Of a stretch of 64,000 nt of DNA, positions 1 through 13,307 are shown one piece after another (the stretch's first letter is position 1; every line of letters begins with the position of its first letter). The DNA is taken from assembly GCA_002269645.1 (NCBI GenBank), contig NIVC01000882.1:248001-312000 (forward strand), in the 5' to 3' direction. The translations under genes were made by a program, and so were the position numbers. The DNA is from Macrostomum lignano (taxonomy: Eukaryota). Under the pieces are notes generated by a model. The model was given only the letters and a program-made list of their open reading frames with translations. It was not told the origin of the DNA and did not search any database.

Positions 1-582
1 CAGAGGATTATATACGCTGGATTAATCTGGTGTATACTCATGATTTTTGGCATATAATTTTTTGGTTGTTTGAAATGTGGCATATTATCTGGCATCTAAA
101 AATAGATAGTAAAAAAGTGGTATACATGTTCTTGCAGTTGCAGAATGAAATTGTAAAATAAATTTAATTTTAATTTAAATGGAAAATAATTATTTTTAAA
201 GAATAAAAGAAATCTTGGCATATATTGACTTCCTACTATAAAGAATATCAGCAAAAAAGCAAAAAAGTGAAACAAAAGAGCAAAAAATGTCATTTGGTAT
301 GCTGCAACACCAGAAACAAGGCTTGTAATAAGGCTCATTTTTTTCTAGGATTATGATTTTTGGTTGGAAAAAGTTTGGCATATACTGGTGTACCAAAAAA
401 TTATGGGAGATTATAGTCTGGCATACATTCAGGGTATTCCAAACTATGGTCCTCTGTTTTAGAACTTCCAATAGGCTAGAAATCTATTTTTGCTATTATA
501 CCAAATAGAAATGTGATGCAAACAATGTAGGTAATCCTTATTTGCACAGTAGGCTTACCAAGTAAATAGTGCCCACACTCTG

Positions 583-1040
583 GATCAGGTAGTATATGCC
601 CAAAAATTTGGGCATGCATTAGCCTTGCACGCCAAAATTAGGCATGCACAGTTGGCATGCATCACTCCTGAGAAAATAGTATATGTGCACACCTGGCGTG
701 TACTTTATAGAATCACACGTAAGAGATATTGTGAAGTAGAAAAAAGATGAAAAAAGTTCATTTTTAAGCACAAATTTCAAGCTTTCCAGTTTTTTCAAGC
801 TTGTAAAAGAGCATTTAAACAAATCTTTTTGTGTATAAATTTTTCGCTGTAAATTGTATTGCCGAAAAAGCATAAAAAGCAACCAAATTATCTGGTAATA
901 AAGGTCTATTATGCAATTTAAAAAAAGGTATTTTGTTGTCACAACAAAAAAAGGTCATTTAATATTGTCGCAATACCGACATATTTCAGAGAATGGGCGT
1001 GCACTAACTTTTTTTGCGTGCAGTTGTAATTATTTAATTT
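583..1040. mobile_element. Non-autonomous dispersed repeat (MITE-like), copy A
   Basis: Colinear with 4062-4415 (TAGTATATGCC...AAATTTGGGCATGCATT...GGCATGCACAGTTGGCATGCA). Imperfect terminal inverted match TAGTATATGCCC / GGGCGTGCACTA. No conserved TSD. Confidence 0.55.
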
Positions 1041-1560
1041 TTTAATAACAGCGCACAGATGGCGCACAGATGGCGCATAGATGGCGCACAGATTGTCCCT
1101 CTAAAATTTATTCTGGCACACACTCTGCCACCTTCCTGACTATGGCTTGCAAATAACAAGTGCCAACAATGTATGTTTTAGTTAGCAATAAAAATAATAC
1201 AAAATTTTTAATAGTATGTAAGTTCTATACTTTTTGGTTCTCTTAAAAAATTAACACCCAAACTGGTTTTCTTAAAAAAGATGGTTTTCAAACTGGTTAA
1301 CTGGTTCTCAAAAGGCACAGTTTTTGGCATCCATATTTGCAATTATTACTATTAGTATTAGTACCCTATCTTTTAGCTGAACTAGTCACTTTCTTTTGCC
1401 GAAATGTACATTTTATGTAAACTAAAAACTTTGCTGAAGATTCCCTCGCCAAAATGGGCTGCTCCCTAGCCTAGAGAGCCTACAGTGTACATCCATCTCT
1501 GCAAAATTAAAAAATATATTATAAATACAACTTCGAATTACAGATCAGATTTTTACTTAC

Positions 1561-1727
1561 AGAATACCACTGCAACCAGTACAGATGAATGAACCGATTG
1601 TCATATTAACATAAGTAGGGCCACGTTGACTACAATCAAAGCAGTGTTTGTTTCCAGGCAATGAGACAAGCTCTCGCAAAATTTTTGTATTTTTTTCATC
1701 TTGCTTTTTCTTTGCCGCCGCAGACAT
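1561..1727 (-). CDS. AGFG1: ArfGAP with FG repeats (AGFG1/HRB-like), first coding exon only; rest of gene lies beyond the left window edge
   Basis: MSAAAKKKQDEKNTKILRELVSLPGNKHCFDCSQRGPTYVNMTIGSFICTGCSGIL matches the AGFG1 N-terminal ArfGAP C4 zinc finger (CxxC-x16-CxxC). The exon ends in a canonical donor CT|GTAAGT at 1561/1560. A TTTCACAG acceptor sits 35 nt upstream of the ATG. I found no following exon in 1-1500. Confidence 0.88.
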
Positions 1728-2522
1728 TTTGACGCTTTTCAATAGGAAATTCTTTACTCGACCTGTGAAATTAAGCGTCCTATTACCATAAAAATATTAG
1801 ACTACGACAAAAGGGAGTTCAAAAGATTTAAAAACTTGTGATGGTGCGTTGATAGCACTATTTCATTCGTTAACAAGAAGATGAACGGACAGTGTGTTGT
1901 TGGATTTCCTAGAACACTGAATTAACCGTTTAAAACTTTTTTAAACAAGAAAATGCAGTTACAAAAAGCAGCTAATGTATTTTGTAGATGTAATACAGTA
2001 CAATAAAAGAAAATTATGTTTTTCGTAGGACAAAAATGGACTGGTGGAAATCTAATATGTCATCGTTCATTTTTTAAATGTCAATTTTCGAAGAACCGTA
2101 AAGGTTTACTTAAAACCGAACCCCTAAGCCCTAAGGCTCTGCTGATTATTAGGGCCTTAGCTAATAACTACAGAGCTAGGCGTACAGAGCAAGGCTATTG
2201 GAGTGATTAGTCTTAGAGAATAACGCTCATGCATACTAATATGTTGAGAGGACCAAATCATTATAATAGCTTATACTTACAATGTTTAGACTTTAAGTGA
2301 CATAAGGCAATAAGCAATAATTTATTTATTTATTTAAGGGGATGTATCCCCCCGTAGAGCTGTGGGGGTCTGGTGTGGGGCATGAAAAAATTCATTATTT
2401 GTTATATATATACTGCTATAGGGCTATATACTGCTACTGCTTAAATAATCTTATATAGTGTAGTGTTTTATGCTATTGTGTTCAAATGTTACACTTTTGT
2501 GCCATTTTTGTGGCCTCACTGG

Positions 2523-3690
2523 CAGTGTTGGGCAAGTTACTCAAAAAAAGTAACTTGCGTTACTGTAACTTAAGTTACCACTTTTTAAAAAGTAACTTAC
2601 GTTAGCCTAGTAACTTTGAACAAAAACCCGGTAACTTTTAAGTTACTTCCGTTACTTACTTCCGTTACCTATGTTATAAACAAAATTTTCTGCTTTTTTA
2701 ACATTGCAAATGTGCTGGAACAGCACAAATGATCGCGAAAGCCAGAAGGAAAAATACAACAAAATTAATTTCAGTAACTGTATTAAATTTTAATCACTTT
2801 AGGCCCTTTCCGTAAAAAGAAGAGAATCTGAAGGTCAGAAACGTTAAAGGCAAAACGCAATTTAATTTTTAATAACATTATAAGTTATAATACACAAGGA
2901 CAACTTAACGTAACTTCAGTTGTCCTTGATAATACATCGCTCGTAATAAGTACCTGGCTTTACTCCACTCTACAGTCTGATTTACTAGTCTTTTTATTTT
3001 CAATTATTTGAAATTTTTTTCAATTTTTTCAATTATTTTTCAATTCATTAATATTAAATTATTGTGCAGTGCAGTGCAGTGCCAGTGGACTTTAGTGGTG
3101 TAGCCAGGGAGGCCGCCTTAACAATCGTTGGGCGGCAACTTCACCCCACCTGCAAGACACCCCACCAGGGGGGGTGGGGTTGGGCGTGGCGGGTGCATGA
3201 GGCATGGCCAGCCAGGCCAACCCCCCCCCCAATTAAAATTCCTGGCTACGTCGATCACTGAGTGGATTTGTGGAGACTACAGATGAATTTCTTTCTTTGG
3301 TTGTTTGTTTCTAAGAACTAAACAAAATATTTTTATTAACTTAAAAACGAAAAGCAAAAATATTTTACCGAAAATAACAAAGTAAAAACATGTTTCAAGT
3401 ATTTCTTTATTAATTACAGCGTAATACTGTATGATATTATTCACTTAGTTTTGAATTTAAGAATGAAAAATGCTAAAAATGTGACAACTGGCGTAATAGC
3501 TAAGCATACCAGTTTTAAATTTAAATATTGCGATTGTTGCAAAGTAACTGTAACGGACTTCCGAAATTTGAGTAACTTACCGTTACTCCGTTACCAAAAT
3601 AGGAAAGTAACTTGCGTAAGGAACGCTTTACGAAAAAGTAACTTGCGTTACCATTTACAAGTTACTCGGTAACGGAAGTGCCCAACACTG
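2523..3690. mobile_element. Non-autonomous hAT-type DNA transposon (1168 bp)
   Basis: TIR CAGTGTTGGGCA / TGCCCAACACTG, perfect 8-bp TSD CTCACTGG (2515-2522 and 3691-3698), many subterminal GTAAC/GTTAC motifs at both ends, no transposase ORF. Confidence 0.9.
3093..3260. mobile_element. Small GC-rich MITE nested in the 2523-3690 hAT element
   Basis: Ends AGTGGTGTAGCCAGG / CCTGGCTACG...CACTG resemble the TIRs of the 35017-35282 element. It forms a GC-rich island within AT-rich DNA. Confidence 0.5.
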
Positions 3691-4061
3691 CTCACTGGCC
3701 TGTGTTGGGTGTCTGTGGGTTTTCTAAACTTAGGCCTATTTCAATAGGGCTATACCCTATCTCCCTCTCCATTCTGCATGTGTCCCTTTTCCTTATCCCT
3801 TACTCTATCCCATTGCCATTAAATACTATTGTTACATTTAGGCTTATTATATATCACACTGCTGTCATACTATCAGGCCTATTAGGCTGATCTATACCAA
3901 AATGCCTATTTATTGGCTACAATAAGGGATAATATCCTAAGGGTTAATTCTTAAAAATGTTTTCCAATTTATTTGTCTATTGATATAATGACACTTGACA
4001 ATGCATTTGCTAAGTAAACTAAATTTCTTTTATTCTAAAACTATTTATCCACCATGCTTTA

Positions 4062-4415
4062 GATCATGTAGTATATGCCTGAAAATTTGGGCATGCATTG
4101 GCCTTGCATGCCAAAAGTTGGCATGCACAGTTGGCATGCAATACTCTTAATAAAAGTATATATGCACACCTAGCATGCACTTCATAGAACCACATTGAAG
4201 AGTTAGTGTCAAGCTTCCCACAAAGTCGAAAGATAGTATAGGTAAAAAAGATAAAAAAGCAATTAAATTATCTACCAAAAAATTTTTTATGCAATACAAA
4301 AAGGTCATTTACTGTTGCAATGCACAAAGGTCATTTATTGTTGTAACACTGGCATAGATTTGAGTGTAGGCATACACTAATTTTTTGGCTTGCATTTGTA
4401 ACTATACAATTTTTA
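4062..4415. mobile_element. Non-autonomous dispersed repeat (MITE-like), copy B with internal deletion
   Basis: Same family as 583-1040. 12-bp TIR TAGTATATGCCT (4069-4080) / AGGCATACACTA (4368-4379), 11/12 match. Confidence 0.55.
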
Positions 4416-5165
4416 TTTGGGCATGTTATCATTTTATTATTAAAAGCAATTTAAAAATACTATTCAATAAATAAGAAACATACACTTTTGACAAGGCTGA
4501 GATAATTACCAAAATAATTCTAGCAAAAATTATAGTTTACTAACATTCAATAATGGCTTATATTTGAGTCATATATTGTCTTAAAGGCCTATTATTACTT
4601 TCATCCTTTGTGTTTTACCTTGGCCACAATGCCTTCTAATATTTCAGAGTTATGAGCTCTGCCCTCTCTGCTTAGTCTATCTTGCTTTGCCTTGGTCCAT
4701 CTGCTGGCTCCTTTGGTTGTCTCCTTGCTTATTGTGTCTTGGCTCTCATCTTTGACAGTGGATTGGAGTTCTGGGGAATGAGTTCGTCCTGAATTGAGGA
4801 ATACTGGCTGAGTCTGGGTTCTTCTTGCTCCTTGTGCCCCTTCCTAACCCCTTGGCCTAGCCCCAAAATAGAGCTGGGTAGTGAAAGCCTTGAGGCTCGC
4901 AGCCCTGCAGAATAAAAGGTTTTCTGATTGCCCATCTGGCAGGAGCCTCACCCTTTGTAATGTTTGTTACAATGTGGGTATATGATAATGCTACTATGAG
5001 TATATAATAATCAATCAATGGCCTAAGGGAAAATAGAAATTTACTACAGATAGCACTTGAAAACTGAAAAAAATCTCTTCCGATAAGGATATCTAATACC
5101 ATATCTAATGGGTGGCTAAATAGCTAGAAGCAGACAGAGCTGCAGTAATGTGGGTCAAATAATAT

Positions 5166-6999
5166 GGGTTATACCAAATTCGTCAACAGACCTAAAATGT
5201 GAGAAATTGGAAGAAGTCGAATTCGTCAACAGTTAAAACAAGCTGAGAGAATTCGTCAACAAAATAAGGCAGAATTACTAAAAGTTGTTTTGTATCTCAA
5301 TAATGTAAATTTCTTTTAAATTTAAAGATTTAGTATATAAAAAGATAGTATATTTGGAAGATTGAAGTGCCTTTGTACATCAGAATACACAAACCCAACT
5401 TGAATGTGCAACTAGCTAGCAATGGGTTGGAGCGTGAGCTAATTGAGTTCTGTGAGCAATGACAATGGGCTACCGGACATTTCCCCTCCAGCGTTTCCCC
5501 TCTGGCAATTTCCCTCCGGACATTTCCCCTCTGGACATTTCCCATCCAGCTATAACAAAATAACAGAGCTTTAGAACATGCCAAAAAGAAGTTTTGCACA
5601 CATGTACATCACATCCATGTATTTATGCTGTTAGATCGCTTTTATTTTAAAAATTATGTAAGTAAAAAGTGAGAGTAGATGGTTTTATTATGTTTTATTA
5701 TAGGTTTTTTATACTAAAATTATAATATAATGTATTATTATTATCTTTATTATTAATATGTAAAAAAATTATATATTATTATTATTATATTATTATATTA
5801 TTTTGTATATTATTATTTTTATACTATAATATTATAATATTACTATATTATTACATTTATATATACACTTATAAATGTAACTGTAAATTTTGTAACTGAA
5901 AATGTAAATTTTCCTTTAGGGACTTTTCCCCTCCGGACATTTCCCCTCCGGACATTTTTCCTTCATCTATAACGAAATAACAGTGCCTTTGGACATGTCC
6001 AAAGAGAACATAAGTTGCATGTGTATATATATAAATGTATATAAGTGTCTGTATTATATACATTTAAATACATATATATATATACATACATACATATACA
6101 TATACAATATATATACATATATACATTTATCTTTGAGTTTACAGATCAGTCTATGCATGTGCATATACACATGCAACTTATGTTCTCTTTGGACATGTCC
6201 AAAGGCACTGTTATTTCGTTATAGATGAAGGAAAAATGTCCGGAGGGGAAATGTCCGGAGGGGAAAAGTCCCTAAAGGAAAATATCCCCAAGGGGAAGTG
6301 TCCGGAGGGGAAATGCCGGAGGGGAAATGTCCAGAGGGGAAACGCCAGAGGGGAAATGTCCATAAGCAATGACAATGAGGTCAAAGGCTGGCACCGTCGT
6401 TTGAAGACCCACGCCTACAGAGGCCAGTTACATCTATATGTGCTATTTGAACTGCTCCACAGAGAGGCTCTGTTGGCAGATGTACACGCCCAGCTCGTTC
6501 TGCAGGGCGAAAATGGCCGAGTGAAGCGTGCTAAATATCATCGAATAGATGATCGATTGAAATCACTGTACCACAGGTATGACAATCAGGAGCTGACACC
6601 TGTGGAGCTTCTCCGAAGGTGCAGCATGCTGCATTGAATTTTTAGTTTTTTAATTTTAGTTTTTTACTTCTTCGGACTCTTCGTTTCTAAAAAATAATCT
6701 CGTTTCTAAGAACTCTTTTCGTTTCATTTTAACTGCAATTTTAACTTTATATTTTCGCATAAACAATGAATACACAAATAACCATGGGTTTGTATAACCA
6801 TGCATTCGCCTTCGTTTTACTTTCGAAATCGGCTTTCGTCTTTTTTTTAATTTCATTTCTTTGGTATATTTTTGAGACTGCATGTATATTGGACAGGCCT
6901 ACTCAGATAGATAACCAAATTCGTCAACAGTGCCTATTAAGGTAACCAAATTCGTCAACAGAGTTGACGAATTAAATCTTGACGAATTCGGTGGCACCC
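5166..6999 (+). mobile_element. Decayed MULE (Mutator-like) element carrying a transposase C-terminal fragment
   Basis: Imperfect TIR GGGTTATACCAAATTCGTCAA / TTGACGAATTCGGTGGCACCC, with repeated AATTCGTCAAC subterminal motifs at both ends. The internal frame WSVS*LSSVSNDNEVKGWHRRLKTHAYRGQLHLYVLFELLHREA...ELLRRCS (about 5428-5467 plus 6378-6637) resembles the TNNxxEGWHxRLN region of MULE transposases. No TSD seen. Confidence 0.7.
5468..6364. mobile_element. Foldback-like insertion with 14-bp subrepeat TIRs (GGACATTTCCCCTCY)
   Basis: About 70-bp imperfect inverted ends, an inner near-perfect inverted pair of about 125 bp (about 5907-6030 / 6160-6285), AT-rich spacers, and a flanking direct repeat AGCAATGACAATG (5455-5467, 6365-6377). 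Confidence 0.7.
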
Positions 7000-7893
7000 T
7001 TTGTAATTAAGCTGCCCAGACTTGCTCCAAAATTAAGCCATTTCTGTAGACTTCAGGGTCTCCCCACTCTTGGACCACTTTCAGTAGTATTTCTAAAATT
7101 TCGCAATCTTTTTTCGCATACTCCTGGGATTTGTCTGCTAGGATGGCTTAGGTGGACTTGGTCTTAGCACTGTCCCTGATTCCACTGTTGGTCAGCAGTG
7201 TCTTAGTCCATAGGTTTGGGTTAGTAGCTTTCCCTGGCCTCGACATCAGGGTCCAATCTGGGCTACTTGGGCTATATGCCCCTGGTAGATGTGCCCCCCT
7301 CCCCCCTCAGTGGCAGAGCCCTTCCCTGGGCTGATCCGCAGGAGCCCCTAGGCTACCCACCTCGTTTAACAACAACAACAAAGGCCTATTAGTATTGGTG
7401 CTTAACTTTTACTAACTCAAGTAGACTAAATAAAGTTGTTGTGAATATGAAATGCAATTCTACAAAAACTCAAGCATGCCTCAAATATGACTATGCCCTG
7501 GAAACATTTCAAAGTTGCAGACAATGAAATTCATTAAATTGACACTTGGGCAACTTTAAATGCAACATCTTGTCATTTTTGAGTTGTCTAGAGTCTTCTT
7601 TCCCATTTTACCTGTGTTACCTGTTATGACTCTGTGATGCTTCTTGGCCTAGGTACCATTTTCATTTGGTAGGTGTTGGTTGTGGCAAAAATGGGAAGCT
7701 GGCAACATTCTTGCAAAATGGAAAGAGCGACAGAGCCTGGGTTTGGATAGCCTGAGGTGGAGGAGCCGAAAGGGGACAAATGGAAGGCTTAGGAGCGAGG
7801 GAGCGGTTTAAGGAGGATTCATTTCTCAACTCATTCTATTCTCAAATTTGCAAACACTCGTGACTGGCTTTATTGCGCTAATAATTGCACTGC

Positions 7894-10800
7894 ATGCTTG
7901 TTGCTATGACAACCACTGTTTTCTCTGTAAGCATCTGCTGTTGTCTGCTGGCAGCAGCCGCCGCAGCCGATTCGGAAGCTGGAGAGTCGCCGCGCGGCGT
8001 GCCTCGCTCCAAACTGGGCCTCTACGATCCCACGAAACCGTTCAACTGCCTTGACGGCTCCGGCACCCTGCCCTGGTCCAAGGTCAACGACGACTACTGC
8101 GACTGCCGCGACGGGTCGGACGAGCCGGGCACTTCGGCTTGTAAGAATGGCCGGTTTTTCTGTAGAAACCGGGGGCACAAGCCCAAGTACCTGCTGGCTA
8201 GTCGGGTCAACGACGGCGTCTGCGACTGCTGCGACGGCACCGACGAATTCGATTCGTGGACTACCTGCGCCGACGTCTGCTGGGAGGAGGGCAAAGCGGC
8301 CAGGTGGGTGGCGTAGGCTGCGTCCAGGAAGATGATGGATGAGTCAGGAAGATGATAGATGAGTCAGGAAGATGATAGATGATTCAGGAAGATGACAGAT
8401 GAGTCACTAAGATGGCAGATCAGTCAGGAAGATGACAGATCAGTCAGGAAGATGACAGATCAGTCAGGAAGATGACAGATCAGTCAGGAAGGTGACAAAT
8501 GAGTCAGGAAGATGATATTAGTCAGGAAGATGACAGATCAGTCAGGAAGGTGACAGATCAGTCAGGAAGGTGACAAATGAGTCAGGAAGATGATATTAGT
8601 CAGGAAGATGACAGATCAGTCAGGAAGGTGACAGATCAGTCAGGAAGGTGACAAATGAGTCAGGAAGATGATATTAGTCAGGAAGGTGACAGATGAGTCA
8701 CTAAGATGGCAGATCAGTCAGGAAGATGGCAGATCAGTCAGGAAGATGACAGATCAGTCAGGAAGGTGACAAATGAGTCAGGAAGATGATATTAGTCAGG
8801 AAGATGACAGATCAGTCAGGAAGGTGACAGATCAGTCAGGAAGGTGACAGATCAGTCAGGAAGGTGACAAATGAGTCAGGAAGATGATATTAGTCAGGAA
8901 GATGACAGATCAGTCAGGAAGGTGACAGATCAGTCAGGAAGGTGACAAATGAGTCAGGAAGATGATATTAGTCAGGAAGATGACAGATCAGTCAGGAAGA
9001 TGACAGATCAGTCAGGAAGGTGACAGATCAGTCAGGAAGATGACAGATCAGTCAGGAAGGTGACAAATGAGTCAGGAAGATGATATTAGTCAGGAAGGTG
9101 ACAGATCAGTCAGGAAGGTGACAGATCAGTCAGGAAGGTGACAAATGAGTCAGGAAGATGATATTAGTCAGGAAGGTGACAGATCAGTCAGGAAGGTGAC
9201 AGATCAGTCAGGAAGGTGACAAATGAGTCAGGAAGATGATATTAGTCAGGAAGATGACAGACGAGTCAGGAAGATGACAGATGATTCAGGAAGATGACAG
9301 ATGAGTCACTAAGATGGCAGATCAGTCAGGAAGATGACAGATCAGTCAGGAAGATGGCAGATCAGTCAGGAAGATGACAGATCAGTCAGGAAGGTGACAA
9401 ATGAGTCAGGAAGATGATATTAGTCAGGAAGATGACAGATGAGTCAGGAAGATGATATTAGTCAGGAAGGTGACAGATCAGTCAGGAAGATGGCAGATCA
9501 GTCAGGAAGATGACAGATCAGTCAGGAAGATGACAGATCAGTCAGGAAGGTGACAAATGAGTCAGGAAGATGATATTAGTCAGGAAGGTGACAGATCAGT
9601 CAGGAAGGTGACAGATCAGTCAGGAAGGTGACAAATGAGTCAGGAAGATGATATTAGTCAGGAAGATGATATTAGTCAGGAAGATGACAGATGAGTCAGG
9701 AAGATGATATTAGTCAGGAAGATGACAGATGAGTCAGGAAGATGATATTAGTCAGGAAGGTGACAGATCAGTCAGGAAGGTGACAGATCAGTCAGGAAGG
9801 AGGCAGATCAGTCAGGAAGGTGACAAATGAGTCAGGAAGATGATATTAGTCAGGAAGATGACAGACGAGTCAGGAAGATGACAGATGAGTCAGGAAGATG
9901 ATAGATGAGTCAGGAAGATGACAGATCAGTCAGGCAGATGACAGATCAGTCAGGCAGATGACAGATCAGTCAGGCAGATGACAGATCAGTCAGGCAGATG
10001 ACAGATCAGTCAGGCAGATGACAGATCAGTCAGGCAGATGACAGATCAGTCAGGCAGATGACAGATCAGTCAGGAAGGTGACAAATGAGTCAGGAAGATG
10101 ATATTAGTCAGGAAGATGACAGACGAGTCAGGAAGATGACAGATGATTCAGGAAGATGACAGATGATTCAGGAAGATGACAGATGAGTCACTAAGATGGC
10201 AGATCAGTCAGGAAGATGACAGATCAGTCATTCAGATTACAAAAAAAGTCAGGCAGATAGCCATCTTTATCCAACCTGTTCACCCAGAGAGGAGGCGGAG
10301 CGCCGTCACGCCCTGCTAGTCGAAGGCCACAAGGTGTACAACACTTGGCTGCAGGATGTTGAGCCGAAGCTGGCCGCCAGACGGAAGCGCTTAGCGGAGA
10401 TCGGCGCCGAGCTGGAGCGGGTGCAGCCGAGCAAGGCGGAGCTGGAGTCGGCTAAGAAAGCGGCCGAGGATGCGGAAGAGGCGGCCAAAACCGAGCATAA
10501 GAAGGTTGGGCGGGGGGAGTTCATGATTACACTTAGTTTTACAGTGATTTATGGCAGATATCTGTGGCTGTGATCTGACAGATATCTAACTGTGATCTGA
10601 CATATCTCTAACTGTGATCTGACAGATATCTTACTGTGATCTGACAGATATCTAACTGTGATCTGACAGATATCTAACTGTGATCTGACAGATATCTTAC
10701 TGTGATCTGACAAATCTCTAACTGTGATCTGACAGATCTCTAACTGTGATGTGTGTGTGTTTATCTTACAACTCACCCACAACCGCCCCGCCGCCGCAGG

Positions 10801-13307
10801 CCTGGGAGGAGTCGCGCGAACGCCAGCGAGCCGAGCGCGTCTTCAACGAGCTGGACTCAGACTCCGACGGTCGCATCGGCCTGGCCGACCTGCAGATCCA
10901 TCCAGAATTCGACGTCAACGCCGACGGCGGCGTCACCTTGGACGAGCTGCGCCAATACACCGAAGGCTTAGACGAAGCGGACTTTGCCTCCTTCCAGGAG
11001 AAGATCTGGCCAAATATTAAAACCATTTTCAAATCGTTGAAGCAGCAACAGCAGCCGGCTGCGGAATCGGCTCCAACTGCCGAGGAGTCGACGGACAAAG
11101 AAATGGACGAAGCTCTAGGCGAAGGCGCTCAACCGCCGCCGACGCAGCCGACGCCGCAGGAGGATCAAGCCGAGGCCGAGACGGACTCGATGCCCGACTA
11201 TCCGGCCGAGGTGCAGGAGCTGATCAACAAGGCCAACGAAGCTCGGGAGGCCTACAATAAAGCCAATGATGAGGCTAGCAAGCTGACTACGGAGAAGTCG
11301 GACTTGGAGCGCCTGGTTGAGCGAGACTACGGCCCGTCTAATGCGTTCTTTCCTATGGCCGATTCTGGCGAGTGTGCCGAGTTCAACGACAATGAATACA
11401 CCTATAAGCTGTGCCCGTTTAAGGAGAGCCTGCAGGTTCGCTTTTTATTAACTGCCGTGTTTGTTGGAGTTTGTGTATTTATAGATCTGCAGATTGGACC
11501 TTTGAGTTTATAGATCTACAAATTGGACCTTTGAGTTTATAGATCTACAGATTGGACCTTTGAGTTTATAGATCTGCAGATCGGTCCTTTGAGTTTATAG
11601 ATCTGCAGATTGGACCTTTGAGTTTATAGATCTGCAGATTGGACCTTTGAGTTTATAGATCTGCAGATTGGACCTTTGAGTTTATAGATCTGCAGATTGG
11701 ACCTTTGAGTTTATAGATCTACAGATTAGACCTTTGAGTTTATAGATCTACAGATTGGACCTTTGAGTTTATAGATCTACAGATTAGACCTTTGAGTTTA
11801 TAGATCTGCAGATTGGTCCTTTGAGTTTATAGATCTGCAGATCGGTCCTTTGAGTTTATAGATCTACAAATTGGACCTTTGAGTTTATAGATCTGCAGAT
11901 TTAACCTTTGAGTTTATAGATCTGCAGATTGGACCTTTGAGTTTATAGATCTGCAGATCGGTCCTTTGAGTTTATAGATCTACAAATTGGACCTTTGAGT
12001 TTATAGATCTACAGATTGGACCTTTGAGTTTATAGATCTGCAGATCGGTCCTTTGAGTTTATAGATCTGCAGATTGGACCTTTGAGTTTATAGATCTGCA
12101 GATTGGACCTTTGAGTTTATAGATCTGCAGATTTGACCTTTGAGTTTATAGATCTACAGATTAGACCTTTGAGTTTATAGATCTACAGATTGGACCTTTG
12201 AGTTTATAGATCTACAGATTAGACCTTTGAGTTTATAGATCTGCAGATCGGTCCTTTGAGTTTATAGATCTACAAATTGGACCTTTGAGTTTATAGATCT
12301 GCAGATTTAACCTTTGAGTTTATAGATCTGCAGATTGGACCTTTGAGTTTATAGATCTGCAGATCGGTCCTTTGAGTTTATAGATCTGCAGATTGGACCT
12401 TTGAGTTTATAGATCTGCAGATTTAACCTTTGAGTTTATAGATCTGCAGATTGGACCTTTGAGTTTATAGATCTACAGATTGGACCTTTGAGTTTATAGA
12501 TCTGCAGATTGGACCTTTGAGTTTATAGATCTACAGATTGGACCTTTGAGTTTATAGATCTACAGATACTTTGAGTTTATAGATCTGCAGGTTGGACCTT
12601 TGAGTTTATAGATCTGCAGATTGGACCTTTGAGTTTATAGATCTACAGATTGGACCTTTGAGTTTATAGATCTACAGATTGGACCTTTGAGTTTATAGAT
12701 CCACAGATACTTTGAGTTTATAGATTCACAGAAGATCGGTACTTAGAGTTTATAGATCCACAGATCGGTACTTAGAGTTTATAGATCCACAGATCGGTAC
12801 TTTGAGTTTATAGATCCACAGATCGGTACTTTGAGTTTATAGATCCACAGATCGGTACTTTGAGTTTATAGATCCACAGATCGGTACTTTGAGTTTATAG
12901 ATCCACAGAGCGGTACTTTGAGGTTATAGATCCACAGATCGGTACTTTGAGGTTATAGATCCACAGAGCGGTCTTTTAGATTACAATTGATGCAGACCAG
13001 CAGAAAATTTCAATATAAATCACAGATTCAAAAGGCTTCGGGATCGAGCACATCGCTGGGCCGATTCAAAGACTGGTCCGGTCCCGAAGGCGACAAGTAC
13101 AGCTCGCAGGAGTACACTGACGGCCAGGGCTGCTGGAACGGGCCAAACAGATCCACAAAAGTGCGCATCGTCTGCGGCCCGAAGACCGAACTGCTGTCGG
13201 CTAGCGAGCCGAGCCGCTGCGAGTACAGCATGGAGCTGGCCACGCCTGCGGCTTGTCACGCCCATCCGACTGCCGAGACTGTTGACCCGGAGCACGATGA
13301 GCTGTAG
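7894..13307 (+). CDS. PRKCSH: Glucosidase II beta subunit (PRKCSH/80K-H), about 514 aa; exons 7894-8303, 10288-10504, 10800-11435, 13026-13307
   Basis: Signal-peptide-like start. Cys-rich N-terminus (VNDDYCDCRDGSDEPGTSAC, VNDGVCDCCDGTDE), EF-hand-like loops (DSDSDGRIGLADL, DVNADGGVTLDEL), acidic/Pro linker, MRH domain (YTYKLCPF...YTDGQGCWNGPNRST...EPSRCEY), C-terminal HDEL. All three introns are GT-AG with matching phases (2,0,0). The start codon could instead be the ATG at 7906. Confidence 0.96.
8322..10260. repeat. Minisatellite, 18/20-bp unit GTCAGGAAGATGACAGATCA (PRKCSH intron 1)
   Basis: About 1.9 kb tandem array starting about 18 nt after the donor and ending about 27 nt before the acceptor. 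Confidence 0.97.
10545..10750. repeat. Minisatellite, 22-23-bp unit CTGTGATCTGACAGATATCTAA (PRKCSH intron 2)
   Basis: About 9 tandem copies are directly visible. Confidence 0.95.
11477..12985. repeat. Minisatellite, 29-bp unit TTTGAGTTTATAGATCTGCAGATTGGACC (PRKCSH intron 3)
   Basis: About 52 copies. The 3' end switches to the variant ...GATCCACAGATCGGTAC. Confidence 0.97.
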
